A stretch of DNA of 62,565 nucleotides, filler included, from Chiloscyllium plagiosum (lineage: Eukaryota): assembly GCF_004010195.1 (NCBI RefSeq). It is 4 parts of one record of this genome, joined end to end, with 100 filler letters (N's around TTAATTAATTAA, not from the genome) between each part and the next. Parts side by side here need not be neighbours in the genome. Positions count along the whole stretch, not along the records: positions 51,643 to 62,565 come from NC_057713.1; 3 more parts are not named here. One strand, given 5' to 3'. The position numbers and the translations under genes are program-made. Of the stretch, positions 62,323 through 62,565 are shown piece by piece (position 1 is the first letter of the stretch; each line of letters opens with the position of its first letter). Below the pieces are notes generated by a model, which was given only the letters and a program-made list of their open reading frames with translations, ran no database searches and was not told the DNA's origin.

Positions 62323-62565
62323 GATTAGAGTGGTGCTGGAAAAGCACAGCAGTTCAGGCAGCATCCGAGGAGAGTGGTGCTGGAAAAGCACAGCAGTTCA
62401 AGCAGTATCCAAGGAGCAGGAAAATCGACGTTTCGGGCAAAAGCCCTTCATCAGGAATAGAGGCAGAGAGCCTGCAGGGTGGAAAGATAAATAAGAGGTG
62501 GGAGAAAATAGCCTAGAGTACAATAGGTGAATGGGGGTGGGGATGGAGGTGATCGGTCCGGGTGA
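62323..62565 (-). mobile_element. PLE family B terminus inserted in the ERV protease, intact hammerhead core, internal 44-bp tandem duplication
   Basis: Minus CTGATGA-AGGGCTTTTGCCC-GAAA-CGTC at 62427-62454; duplicated unit 62327-62370 / 62371-62414. Confidence 0.88.

Overview
Eukaryotic, repeat-dense vertebrate DNA with no prokaryotic content. The HE1/V-SINEs, HER1-type CR1 LINEs, Penelope-like elements (PLEs) and the 5S sequence point to a cartilaginous fish, probably a shark (inference). Almost every ORF in the track is a decayed transposon fragment or spurious. Main contents: (1) a three-level nest, PLE < CR1 < solo LTR, at 1.5-5.8 kb; (2) a decayed full-length Gmr1-like Gypsy element (7202-14474) with integrase before RT and a SCAN-like gag region; (3) a probable first, signal-peptide exon of a host gene at 22664-22721; (4) an intact-looking 5S rRNA gene (41427-41546) sitting inside a gap-spanning CR1; (5) several PLE termini with minimal hammerhead-ribozyme cores, including a 271-bp palindromic insertion with two tandem cores (47298-47568); (6) a decayed epsilon-like endogenous retrovirus pol (58476-62322, minus) with a 2H-phosphodiesterase-like insert between protease and RT, which is the most interesting signal. 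Three N44-TTAATTAATTAA-N44 blocks are assembly linkers. All family calls come from reading motifs by eye; no database search was run, and boundaries of old repeats are approximate.
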